A DNA stretch of 64,000 nt from Octopus sinensis (GCF_006345805.1 NC_043006.1:38254001-38318000); one strand, 5' to 3'. Shown: positions 37,745 to 50,940, counted from the first letter of the stretch. Notes: generated by a model from the letters alone, not told the origin. Numbers and translations are program-made.

Positions 37745-39157
37745 TTATATATAAATGTATATGTATATATATACATATGTAAATGTGTGTATACATATAT
37801 ATATATAAATGTAAATATATATATATATATATATATAATATATATATATATATGTATAACTAAATGTGTGTGTGTATATATATATATAATGTACATGTAT
37901 GTATATATGTGTGAGTATGTTTATATATTTACATATATTTATTTATATATATTTATATATGTACATAAGTATATATATACATATATATACATATGTATAT
38001 ATATCCATATATATATACATGTATCTATATGTATATATATACATGTGTATATATATATGTATATATATATGTATACATATATATGTATATATAAGTATGC
38101 ATACACACACACATACACATATATATAAATGGCTGCATATGCTTATGTGTATGTGTTTGTGTATGAGTGCGTCTTAATTATAAAAGCACAAAACTACTCG
38201 ATATGAACCATACTGGAAAAATTTGTTATATGTGTAAAGTGAATGAACGAGAAGTGGATATAAGCATCTCCTGTGGCTGCATCATCTCCATTGATGATCG
38301 CTGACATCCAATACTACCGCTGCGTGAAAATTTCTAATGAATTTAATTGTCTGATTTACTTCACATGCACAAACACCCCAAAAAAATAGATTCGTGCAGA
38401 TACACAGACAGACAGAAACGCGCACAGACGAATACACACATACAGGACTAGAGACAGATAAAAGCTGGAAGTGGATGAAGGGAGACAGTCCAAAATATAG
38501 ACTGGAGGACGCCAAATAGAAGGTCTTATTACTGATAGAAGCAATGAATGATAATTTGAGTTTCGGCCATTTTAATTTTTAAAAAAGATTATTTTTTATT
38601 TATTTTGATTTTAAATTTTTTATTTATTTTCAATTTTATTTATTGGACAGAAGCGTCTGTCTCATTTACAATATGTATGTATATGTGTACACGCGTGCGA
38701 ATGTGCATACGCACGCTAACAGGCATGTATTATATTATATTACCATCTCATATATGCAACTACGCTGGCACATATATATATACGAAGCCTTATGAGTGGA
38801 TTTGATAGATGGGAACTGAAAAGAAGCCCAACGTATATATATGTCTGTGCATCTATGTTTGTCCCTTACCATCGCTTGAAACCGATGTTGGTGTGTTTAT
38901 GTCCCTGTAACATAGCGGTTCGGCATAAGTGACCGATAGAATAAGTATTAGGCTGACAAAGGATAAGTCCTACGGTCGATTTTTCCACTAAAGGCGGCGC
39001 TCCAGCATGGCGGCAGTCAAATGACTGAAACAAATAAAAGAATAAACACACACACGAATATATATATCCTGTATATATATTTTATTTATAATATAAACAT
39101 ATATGTGTGCGTGCGTGTATATATATGTGTGTGTGTGTGCATATGTGTTCATGCATA

Positions 39158-39203
<46 letters not shown>

Positions 39204-39216
39204 GCATGTATGCATG

Positions 39217-39283
<67 letters not shown>

Positions 39284-39673
39284 ATGTGTAGCAAGTGAAG
39301 AACAGACACGCAGGCGTTGCATTTATTCCTCGGTTTACAGTCATTTTAGTAGCGTGTGGAAGACAAATCAAATTACATACATGAAGACAACGATGCAAAC
39401 AATGATACTGCAGTGTGAATTATATAATGCGTTTTACACAAGGATCTCCCCACACCCATTTAGTCATAACCGAATGAACAAATAGAATACAGTTACAAAT
39501 TGGATGATTCACTTATATGGGGAAAACGCGGTAATTAAGTGGAAGGCTGTTATTAGATGTATGTACATGTATAAATAGATACATACATGCATACATACAT
39601 TTATATATATGCACACATATACCCTCTATATATGCACATATGTATGCATATATGTACATCTGTACGTTCATAC

Positions 39674-39770
<97 letters not shown>

Positions 39771-39799
39771 GTATGTATGTATGTATGTATGTATGTATT

Positions 39800-40280
39800 C
39801 TTTTATTCTGCTATTTGTTTCAGTCATTTGATTGTGGCCATGCTGGAGCACCGCCTTTAGTCGAAGAAATCGACCCCAGGACTTATTCCTTGTAAGCCTA
39901 GTATTTATCCTATCAGTCTATTTTGCCGAACCGCTAAGCTACGGGGACGTAAACAGACCAGCATCGGTTGTCAAGCGATGGTTGGGTACGTAAACAGACC
40001 AGCATCGGTTGTCAAGCGATGGTTGGGGACGTAAACAGACCAGCATCGGTTGTCAAGCGATGGTTGGGGACAAACACAGACCCGCTTACACACACACGCA
40101 CACACTCACACACACATATACGACAGGCTTCTTTCAGTTTTTGTCTGCCAAATCCACTCACAAGGCTTTGGTTGGCCCGAGACTATAGTAGAAGACACTT
40201 GCTCAAGTTGCCACGCAGTGGGACTGAACCCGGAACCATGTGGCTGGTGAGCAGGCTACTTACCACACATCTACTCCTGC
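39800..40280 (-). mobile_element. SINE family B containing an internal 41-bp triplication
   Basis: Unit ACGTAAACAGACCAGCATCGGTTGTCAAGCGATGGTTGGGG at 39947, 39988 and 40029. Confidence 0.85.
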
Positions 40281-40283
40281 GCC

Positions 40284-40351
<68 letters not shown>

Positions 40352-40397
40352 CGTGTGTGTGTATACATAAATATATTTGCATATGTATTGATATTCA

Positions 40398-41410
40398 CAG
40401 TAGTGAGGACGATACCGCTAATCCGATAACACTTAATTAAGGAAGCTAATTTTCCGTTTAGCGGATTGACGTTTTCGCTAACTTTGGAAACCGTTAGCAG
40501 AGGAATTAGCATCCACTTAATTTATTTCTGCTAACTTTAAGTTCGCTAAGAAAATTCATCTGTTTGTTCCTGTCTGTTGTGGGGGTGTCTCGAGGTACGT
40601 TATTCGTTGACTACGTGTACAAATGACAAGTGGAGATTGGTTGACGCAGCAGCAGCTAGCTAAGTAGCATTGTGTAATTCTGCAGTTTTGAGTTGTGTTC
40701 ACTTACGACGTTGCCAAATTGCAGACAGTCTTACAGTGTCAACGATAGCAGTGTACGTTATCGGCTTACCAAATTATCGCTTATCGTTATGGATAGTGAC
40801 GAAGTCTTTGTTCGGCCTGAAGATGAAGAGACTGTTGAGGAGTCTGCAACGGCGTGTGGGTGAGGCAGAGGTCGCTCAGGTTGAGAGACAGGAGTCTCAG
40901 AACCAGCAGGACTACTTTGTCCTTACGTCAAGGGATAAGAGGAAAGCCAAAATCCTGTACTTTCGGTCCGTCATGTGCTAGCGCAAGGAGACCACCATCA
41001 AGGGACAAGAGGCGAGCCTCTACAACTTGAAGTCCCATGTCAAGAAGAAACACCCAGCGTATGCCATCCAGTTTGGGGAAAGGGCCAAGGCCGGTTCTTA
41101 CCATGGGAAACACAGACGATCCTCTGGTAGCAGTGCCAATACCCAGTCATCGCAGCTATGTACAAAGAAAGCATGCCAGTTCAGCATTGGAGAGGCGTTT
41201 GCCCAAACTGCTGGCACTGGTGCCGTCAGTCTATGGTGGACAGAAGGATTGTAGACCTGTTTGTCGATAACATGCTACCGCTGCGTATAGTGGAGTCCCC
41301 CACTTTTGGCGGCTGATAAAGACGCTGAACTCCAGCAAAAGGTCAATGTTCCGCCACACCCTGTGTGGGATGATCTCGGCCAGCCATAAACAGCTCGAAG
41401 AGTATCTTAC
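40398..41410 (+). mobile_element. 5' part of a hAT transposon (BED finger + DNA-binding region), frameshifted and truncated
   Basis: ATG at 40789; ..SLYNLKSHVKKKH (BED zinc finger end), QSMVDRRIVDLFVDNMLPLRIVESPTF..LIKTLN; subterminal array of 8 GCTAA/TTAGC motifs at 40415-40550. Confidence 0.8.
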
Positions 41411-41854
41411 AAGGATTTTATGAATTAAACTTATACAAGTTTATTAAATTTTATTATGGTGTACTTCATATTCTCTTAATTTAATTTATTTAATTATTTA
41501 TTAAATAATTATTTTCTTAATTATTTAATTATTTATTAAACAATTATTTTCTTAATATATTTTCTTATAATATAATTATATTTTCTTAATTAATTTAATA
41601 AAATATATAATAGCTAATTGAAATAAATAAACACTACGAACTAATTATAGTTCTTAAATCTGATGGAATTAAGCAAGTTGTACGATGGTGTAAATGGCTA
41701 GCACACTTGTCGCGAAAGCAAAGAGATATGTATTCGATTCCCACGCGTTTTTCCATCGACGGCTTATATACCCCATTATTGGACTAATTTCTTTAGTCAT
41801 TGCGCGGCGATCGCTTATAAGCTTTAATTTTATAAAATACTATTATTATTTACA

Positions 41855-41896
<42 letters not shown>

Positions 41897-41902
<6 letters not shown>

Positions 41903-42016
41903 GAAGGAGCTTCTACAGGACTAGAACTGTTTCATTCAAGAGAAATCTTCAGGAAGCTTCCTGAAGATTTCTCTTGAATGAAACAGTTCTAGTCCTGTAG
42001 AAGCTCCTTCTATATA
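41897..42016. repeat. Perfect 120-bp spacerless palindrome containing hammerhead cores on both strands
   Basis: Centre GGAAG|CTTCC (41956/41957); CTGAAGA 41961-41967, GAAA 41980-41983, GTC 41992-41994. Confidence 0.92.
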
Positions 42017-42086
42017 ATAAATTAATTTTACTCTACTATGTATTGAGTACTTATTTACTGTGTTAACCCCGAATCAACCCGGGACC

Positions 42087-42125
<39 letters not shown>

Positions 42126-42429
42126 CTCAAAGTCTCAAGTCGTATCATTCCTGTTTTTATTCGTTACTGCTTCCAATTTTATCTTCGTCTCTGTTGTCAC
42201 ATTCTTTCCTTCTACCAAGCAAATCTAATGCCCATAGCTTAGCTTTTCCTTGGGGCTGGCCGTTTTGGAGCAAATCTCAGAATTAAACAGCCGAAATTTG
42301 CCATGATGAATCGGTTTCTGACTGAAGAATGTAGGCTCTGAATGACTGTCCGTTTTTCCGTGTTCGTCAATTCGTGAATTTCACGTTCTTTATATATAAA
42401 GTTTTATTATATATATATATATATATATA

Positions 42430-42660
42430 TGGCCGAAATCAGATCGCCATGTTGATTCGCTAGCCTCTGCACGCATTTTTTTTCTTCCTTCTTCTGTGTT
42501 TCTTTCTCTTGTTTTCTTTCTTCTGTGTGAAGAGCGTAGGCTCGAAACGTAAAAGACTTGTTTTATTTATTCCTGAGCGCCATACTAATACAATTATTTG
42601 TTTGCATTCCACCTGCCTTCGTCTTTTGTTTATTTTCTAAACTTCCGGTTATATTACATA
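42430..42660 (+). mobile_element. Short (TA)n-flanked element with a variant hammerhead-like motif
   Basis: CTGTGTGA-a gag cgtagg ctc-GAAA-CG-TA-aaaga at 42523-42556; related copy at 56226-56420. Confidence 0.55.
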
Positions 42661-43339
42661 CATACATATTATACATATATATATACATCATATATATATA
42701 TATAAATGTCAAGATGGCGCTGACTAACAACAAGTGTGTTAACGTGTCTCTCCTAAATATTAAGAAGTCCTTCCAGAGATCGATGTTATCAGAAGCGAAA
42801 ATGTCTGCAAAGCGAATATAAGTGATAGTACAACAAGTCACTGTATTTGAGAAGAATATTTTTCGCTTTTGATGTATAGTGTCAACTAGAACATACTCGC
42901 GAAGACACGTGTTAAAACGCACGTGTGGTACTTCCCGAAATCGAAGTGAATTTTATTCTTGTCTGTGAATAACAAACACTATTTTTGAGAAGGATATTTC
43001 GTTCTTGATGTCGTATATCTGCGTGTTCTGAAAAAAGCCTCTGAAAAATTTGCTGCTTAATACCAAACCGCTTAGGAAAATACAGAAAGTATCGTGAAAC
43101 TGTTGCATGTGCTAAATCGAAACTCAAACCCCTTTTGTTTACAAAGTGCGCTTGGGGAGGAATATAAAAGGTCGTCTTGTCTATCTATCTAGCTCCTTTC
43201 TTATAAAAAGGAATCACGTAAGTACTACTCTCAGCCGGTAAGGTAGATATTATTTATTTGTTATCATTAGTGTCTTGTCAAACAGAAAATAATTAAAAAA
43301 AAAAAAAAAAAAGATATAAAATATAAAATACGCGGTATT

Positions 43340-44410
43340 CTATCTTTATAATCTTTATAATTCGTCCTCCGTGCCTGCCACGCACTCTCTCTTTCTCTTT
43401 TTTACATTTCTATTTCTATCTCTCTATACATTTTTATTATTTGTTATCATTGTGTTCTTTCAAACAGAAAAAATAATTAAAAAGATATAAAAATACGCGC
43501 TATTCTATCTTTATAATCTCTCCCTCTCTTTCTTACATTTTTATTTCTATCTCTCTCATACAGTTTATACCTTATCTGTCTCCCCATCCACCAGACCCTC
43601 TATTTCCGCTCTCACTCTCCCCTCCTCCCTCTCTCTCCCTCTGCAATCGTTTCTCTTTCTGCATCTCTCTCAGATCAACTTTCTCTCACCTCACCCCCCT
43701 CCCTCAGTTCCTCAACCTCACTCATTCTCTCTTGTATCTATATACCGCCCTCTTTCTCTCTCTCTCTCTCTCTGTTACTCCCCCTCCTCTCTCTGCCTCT
43801 TTCCTCTCCCTTCATCTCCGCTCCTCACAGGTCAAACCCCTTTTCCTCTTCCCCTCCTGCCCCTTATTTCTTTCTCTACACCACCCTCCTGTCCCCTTTA
43901 CTACACTCTGTTGCGCCCCCTCTCTTCCTCTCCCCCCTTTTTCTTCCTACCTTCCTCTCCCTGTCCCTCTAAGGTCACCACCCTGTCTCTTTTTTCTCTC
44001 TGTCTCCTTCCTCCACACCACCCTCTCTGTCCTTTTACTTCACTCCCTGGTACCTCTATCCTGCCCTCTCATCTCTCTCCCTCTCATCCATTTCATCTCT
44101 CTCTTCCTCTCCATTTTATCTATCCGCTCTTTCTTCTCCCTGCTTCCCCCTAGGTCCACACCCTCTTGTCTCACTTTTCCACCCTGTCCCTTTCTACTAC
44201 ACAATATCTATCCGCTCACTCTCCCCCTGCTGACCTGCCTTCTTTCACCTTTCTCTTTTTTCCCTCTTATTTTCTCTCTTTCTCTCTTCTCTCAGACAAT
44301 CCCCTCGTCCTCTCTCTCTATCCCCCCTGGCTTTCTCCTTTCTCTTCTCCCCTCTCCATATCGCTTCTTCTCTATCTCTCTCTCTGTTTCCTATATTTCA
44401 CTAGAAGAAA
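43340..44410 (+). other. ~1-kb complex polypyrimidine tract, probable LINE 5' UTR
   Basis: C/T-dominated sequence directly upstream of the LINE ORF1 start; assignment to the LINE is inference. Confidence 0.5.
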
Positions 44411-45280
44411 ATGGCAAGAAAACTGGTCTGCGAGAGAGGGGCAATTGTTCGTCCGTGCTTGGAAGATCGCTGAGGACGACTCGCGAACGACATTATTGCT
44501 GCGGCGCTGAAAAGCAACAATTTTCGAGAACCACCGCCCAGATAGAGCGAAAGAAGAGAGAAGTTATCCGTTCGTACGCTCTAATCAGGCAACATGTGGA
44601 CACCCTGGACATCATCCTGGGAGGTGACGGCAGAGGGAGGGCCAAAAGGATGAGGAAAGCATCCAGAGCCCAAATGGAGAAGCCTGGAACACAGGGAAAC
44701 GATGACACATGTCCAGCTTCCAACACCACAACTGAAGACCAAAGAGGTGCGATGGCCGCAAGAAAGGAAAGGCACCCTGGAATTGATGGGAAGCAGGAGG
44801 TAAAGGGTGACAGAATCAAGGCTAAGGAAGCCCTGTCCAGAGAAAGCAGAGGGATCCCAGCAAAAACTGTAAGGGCAGGGAAAGAAACACCTGCAAATTC
44901 TACCTGAGGGGGACTGCTGGTACGGCGTTGAAGGTGCAAACTGTCGCTTTGCCACATCGGAGGGCCCTAACAAAACCGCACGGACCGAGACAGAGGTCCC
45001 TCCTCCCTCGGGAGAACAAAAACAAAAAGTTAAAAGAAAGGGAAAAAAGCGCACTGACCACCACTGAAAGACGGTAATGCAGATGTGGTGCGCAGGAAAC
45101 CCAACAGGTGGCCAGCTCACCCAGATGTGAGAAGGGCGGCAGCTGAACAGCAGTCTTTTTTGTGCATGGCACAAAAAATTGTCAGCAGCTGACTGGCTAC
45201 AAGCACAAAGCTGGAACTACCACCACATAAGGCCACCTCCAACAGATGCAGGATGGCCACCACAGACACCACACACCAAC
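44411..45280 (+). pseudogene. LINE ORF1 with CCCH-type zinc finger (frameshifted in assembly)
   Basis: MARKLVCERG..RQHVDTLDIILGG..; NTCKFYLRG.CWYGVEGANCRFA(H) at about 44886-44955. Confidence 0.6.
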
Positions 45281-45289
45281 CACACACCA

Positions 45290-48270
45290 CAAAAATATTT
45301 CTACTGAATGTAGGAGGGCTGCTGCGCGGAAACTGTAAAAAGAAAATTTCATTCCTGAGAGACCTTGTGACATGCAATCAAGCTATAGCATGGCACTCAC
45401 AGAAACGCATCTTGAACCCGATATAGGTGATGCAGAAATAACATGCCGCAATATGCAGTCATACGACAGATAGAAAAGGGAGGAGCCATGGTGGAGTTGC
45501 AATGTACATCCGAGATGACCTCACGCCCCAGGTCCCTGCTGTCATATTCAAACTCAGTATGTGAAACTCAAATTGTACACATAAGACAACTGAATATCGT
45601 CATATGCACTACATATCGCCCACCAGACGCCCCAAAACACTCAGGCATGTTTGAAGACTGCCTAACAAAAATTAGGAGAAGTCCCTCACCAACCTGAACA
45701 GCACAACAGGTATTCTTCATGGGTGACTTTAACCTCCCCATGTGGAATGGCTGGGGGGGCAGATGCTCCCAGGGATGACACACCATCAGCAGGCACAGGT
45801 GGAGTCCCCTGCTCCAATCTCACAAATACCTCTTTCATGGAGCCAAATTTTCTGCAAACAACAAGGGCAGATAATATACTGGATCTCTGCTCACAAACAA
45901 TATGGATATGATCCAAATGTTAATAATGTGATCCGACAATGATCTCGGATCTCAACATAATAGAGCTGTCTATGTATGGAAAGAAAAGCCCCCGCAGACA
46001 CACAGCCTATACGAAGCACCCACCATCTCTCCAACTTAACTTAAACTTTCATAAAGCCAACTGGAAGTCGATTGAGAAAGAGATCCTCAAACAGGATTGG
46101 CTGGAATGTCTCTCCACACCGGACATAAACATGAAACACAAACACTCTTCATGTCCATAATACAAGCCATATGGACAAATAGTCCCAATGTGCAGGGCCA
46201 GCACACACAAGAACAAAAACAGGATCCCTAGAGAAAGGAGGATTCTTATGAGACGACGGACAAGGATTGCAAACCGCCTGAGCAAGCACACCAAAAGTGG
46301 TGAGAAGTCTTCGCTCGAAAGAATGCTAATGGAAACTGAGAAAAGTCTACATCAGTCCCATGAAAAGGAAGAGAGAGCAGAGTTAAGGAAGCTTGGGTAA
46401 TAGAAAATATAAAATCAAACCCATAAAGCTTTTCTTTAAGTTTGCCAAAGAGACAGCCACAGTGCACCAGAGAATAGGACCTCTCTTCAAAAAAGATGGC
46501 CTCTCACAGGAATCCCACGAAGGATAATGAAATACGAACGAACGTTCCAAAGTGTGTTCACTACACCTCTAGGACACAGGCAAGTAAACAACCCAGAAGA
46601 ATTCTTTGCCACTTTACCACGGCCAAAGAGACAAAATTGAGTACATCAAACATCGAAGAAGATGATATCACAAATAGCCATTGATGAGATTGACACAAAC
46701 TCAGCTGCTGGACCTTCTGGATTCCCAGCGATCCTTCTCAAATCGTGCAAACGAGCCTGCAAAACCGCTACAGCTTCTTTTTCAGAGCTTTCTTGCAAGT
46801 GGTAAGCTTCCCAGTCAAACGAAGAGGGCGGGTAATATGCCCTATCCATAAGGGAGGTAGCAGAGCAGATGCTAAAAATTATAGGCCTTATCTCTCTGAC
46901 CTCACCACATCAGCAAAGTCATGGGAACGAATAGTCCGTAAAAACTAATCATGTTCCTTGAAGAAAATGACTTACTGTCTGACACCCAGCATGGATTTCG
47001 ACCAGGTAGAGGCTGCCTAACACAGCTCCTGCAACACTATGACTGGTGTTGAAACAGCTACTAAATGGTCAAATGTGGATGTAATATATCTTGACTTTGC
47101 AAAAGCCTTTGATAAAGTCGACCATGGTATGATCTGTCACAAACTGCGTGGTCTCGGCATAGGCGGGAACCTTGGAGAGTGGCTGCACAACTTCCTAAAA
47201 GACCAGAAAACAGGCAGTTGTGAGCAATGGAGCCACCTCCAGGAAACGCAAACAAGCGGTTCCCACAGGGCACTGTCTTGGGGCCACTGATGTTCATAGT
47301 GGCCCTTCAGACATGCCTTCAGTTGCTACGCTGACCACCCCTTGCTAGCTATGCAGATGACACAAAAGTCTCCCACGCAATACAAAACCCTGAAAATATG
47401 CGCATCTGCAACATGAGCTGGACAACAATATACAGGTGGCTGAGGACAACAACATGCAGTTTAATGCAGGTAAGTTCCAGGCCCTGCGCTACTGGCACAC
47501 AAGTGGTAAATGACGTGAAGACTGGATACACTGGCCCAGGAAGAATTGCAATCCCTGAGTCAAAATCAGTGCGTGACCTGGGCATGACATGAGCAATGAT
47601 GCATCTTTCCAAATGCATATTGCTAATCTGGTGATAAAATGCAGACGGCTAGCTGGATGGATCTCCGAACTTTCAGAACAAGAGAGAAGGAGACACACTG
47701 ATGGTCCTATGGAAAACATTTGTCCTCAGCCGCTTGGACTACTGCTTCCAACTTTGGTCACCACACAATATAAAACAAACAGCAGAACTCGAAGCAACTC
47801 AGAGAAGCTACACAAAGAAAATCGTCTCAATGCCAAATGTCAGCTACTGGGAAGACTGAAGGTATTAAACCTCTTCTCCCTGGAGCGGAGGCGGGAGAGA
47901 TATGCAGTGATATACATCTGGAAAATCCTGGAGGGTCTTGTCCCAAACTTTGGCATTCAAAGTTCTACCCAACCGCAGAACAGGGCGCCGCTGCGTGGTG
48001 CCAAGGATTCCAACATCACCATCAAAATACAGGTCCAGATACTGCAACAGCTTGGGTTTCAGAGGACCACAGCTCTTTAACATCCTCCCTAAATGCCTGA
48101 GAAACTACTTACATGGTGTGGATGTGGGTTTCTTTAAAACTAAACTGGATCTCTTCTTGTTGGGAGTCCCAGATGAACCTACCTCACGACAGGAGACACG
48201 GATGCGGGCAGCAGCATCGAACTCCCTTGTTGATCAAGTGCCACGTATCAGAGGTGGATTCACAAACTAG
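45290..48270 (+). pseudogene. CR1-clade LINE ORF2 (APE endonuclease + reverse transcriptase), many 1-bp frameshifts
   Basis: FLLNVGGL, ALTETHL, YRPP, GDFNLP (APE); QHGFRPGR, DVIYLDFAKAFDKVDHG, PQGTVLGPL, YADDTK (RT); SLERRRERYAVIYIWKIL; stop at 48270. Confidence 0.92.
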
Positions 48271-48343
48271 TGTAGCTCATTCACGCGTGGTGCCCCAGCA
48301 TGGCCGCGGCCTTCGGGCTAAAACATTTTTAAGGATATTTAAG

Positions 48344-48378
<35 letters not shown>

Positions 48379-48468
48379 CAATTTAGGGTAGCAAAAAATT
48401 CATAGAAATTTTATCGCTACCAGCGGCCTAGTGGAAAAGAGAAAATAGTTAAAGACTAAATAAATATA

Positions 48469-48827
48469 AATTAGGAGTGGCCTAGAGAGAGCACCCAGAA
48501 CTCAAATCGCCAAGCATTAGTAATTCAGAAATTAGGTGAAAATTTAAAAACGTTTACCCTAATTCATCTTTGATACAGACGCCTCGTGTATATTTGTCTC
48601 TCCAAGGTCTTTTACTGATGAAGTGTGACCTATGGTAGATCAGCTTAATTTAATTTAATTAGGCTGGTTTATCATTTAAAAACACAGAAACGATGCTTCG
48701 TCTAAAAGATGAATTAGGGTAAACGTTTTTAAATTTTCACCTAATTTCTGAATTACTAATGCTTGGCGGTTTGAGTTCTGGCTGCTCTCTCTAGTGGACG
48801 AATGCCTGTTAAGGCCACTCCTAAATT
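48469..48827. repeat. Inverted repeat (~100-bp arms) enclosing a hammerhead ribozyme
   Basis: 48469-48571 mirrors 48705-48827; the right arm has a ~17-bp insert. Confidence 0.85.
48608..48709 (+). ncRNA. Type I hammerhead ribozyme with extended stem II
   Basis: tctttta-CTGATGA-a gtgt[..18-bp hairpin..]acac a-GAAA-cga tgct tcg-TC-taaaaga. 7-bp stem I, 4-bp stem III, GUC site (C at 48702). Confidence 0.85.
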
Positions 48828-48831
48828 GTTA

Positions 48832-48878
<47 letters not shown>

Positions 48879-49027
48879 TATTAATATATATAATATACAT
48901 ATACATACACACACCTATACATATTTTATTGTGTCTGGGGAGAGTCAATCTGTTTTAATGCCTTATCAATTAACACACACACCCGGTTCGATTTCCACTC
49001 ATTTACTTATTTATTTTTTCCCTATTT

Positions 49028-49068
49028 GTCTCTGATCCCATATTCGGGATATCCCAGAAACAGCTGTA
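49028..49068 (+). ncRNA. Degenerate copy of the 30903-type hammerhead
   Basis: gtct-CTGAT(core broken)..atatccca-GAAA-cagctg-TA; stem I' lost. Confidence 0.5.
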
Positions 49069-49136
49069 AAATTGAATTTCTTCCAATAATAATATTGTAT
49101 ACGACTTGTGATGGTTGCCTTGCTGTCCTCCTTAAC

Positions 49137-49228
<92 letters not shown>

Positions 49229-49282
49229 ATTCTACATGATTGATACGGAGGACTGGGTATATTGGAAACTTTGTTTTATCAT

Positions 49283-49386
49283 AACGGTCGTTTTGATTTA
49301 CTTCTGCACTGCTCCCTAGTGGATGGGGAACGATATAATGAAATCGAATGCTCCCCACAGTGCAGAAGAAACCTCATCAGGGGACA
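49283..49386 (-). ncRNA. Decayed long-stem hammerhead-like motif
   Basis: Minus strand: CTGATGA-ggttt cttctgcactg..cagtgcagaag t aaatc-AAAA-c gacc g-TT. Perfect 11-bp IR at 49301-49311 / 49358-49368. Confidence 0.4.
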
Positions 49387-50074
49387 TAATAGGCTTATGA
49401 CATGTATGTATGTCTGCTTGTACGTATGTATGCGTGTATGCATATATACATTCACATTGCTTGACGACCGACTTAGCGGGTCGGTAAAAGAGTCCGATTG
49501 AGTAAGTACCGACTTTTAGAAAATAAGTACTACGATCGTTCTCTTCGATTAAAACTCTTCAAAGTGGTACCCCGGCATGGCTGCAACCCAATGTCTGTTG
49601 CAAGTAAAAGATAAGACACTACATTCCATTTCACATCGACGACAGAAATGAAAAACTTTGCTTAGCATTCACGAGTAAAGTGCTACTACTGTACACCAGA
49701 CACATCCTGGGGCTACCACTGACCAAACCATATACGAATATTGATTATTTCACGCACTAGAAATATTTCTTCCTGATTCTTTGTAAACCTCAATTTCAAC
49801 GATGTTATCTCCACTCTAATGGATTATGAAGAAAACATATAAAATGGTCACCTTGAAGGTGAACTTATAACTGTATTCGCTCCGAGGGAATTTAGATAAT
49901 GAAGCACAACAAAAATTGCTGACAGCGCGTTACATATAATTCATATTATCATAAATCAAATTGGAAAATTCTAGTATGCAGTTGTGTAAAAATATTATTT
50001 AATTCGATTCTTTTACAGTTATCATGCAACAAATAATCTGAATAAAACTTCTTTAAGCTATCTTTTCAGCCACA

Positions 50075-50940
<866 letters not shown>

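Larger units (their letters stand above)
44411..48345 (+). mobile_element. CR1-clade non-LTR retrotransposon, near full length
   Basis: ORF1 + ORF2, short 3' UTR with stem-loops and a TTTAAGGA-repeat tail, ending in (TA)n. Confidence 0.9.

Noticed and set aside
39947-40069. CRISPR-like direct repeats
   Set aside because: The units are contiguous with no spacers, lie inside a SINE, and the context is eukaryotic with no cas genes.
43732-44907. 391-aa ORF as a host gene
   Set aside because: The N-terminal half is stop-free polypyrimidine sequence and the C-terminal half is part of LINE ORF1.
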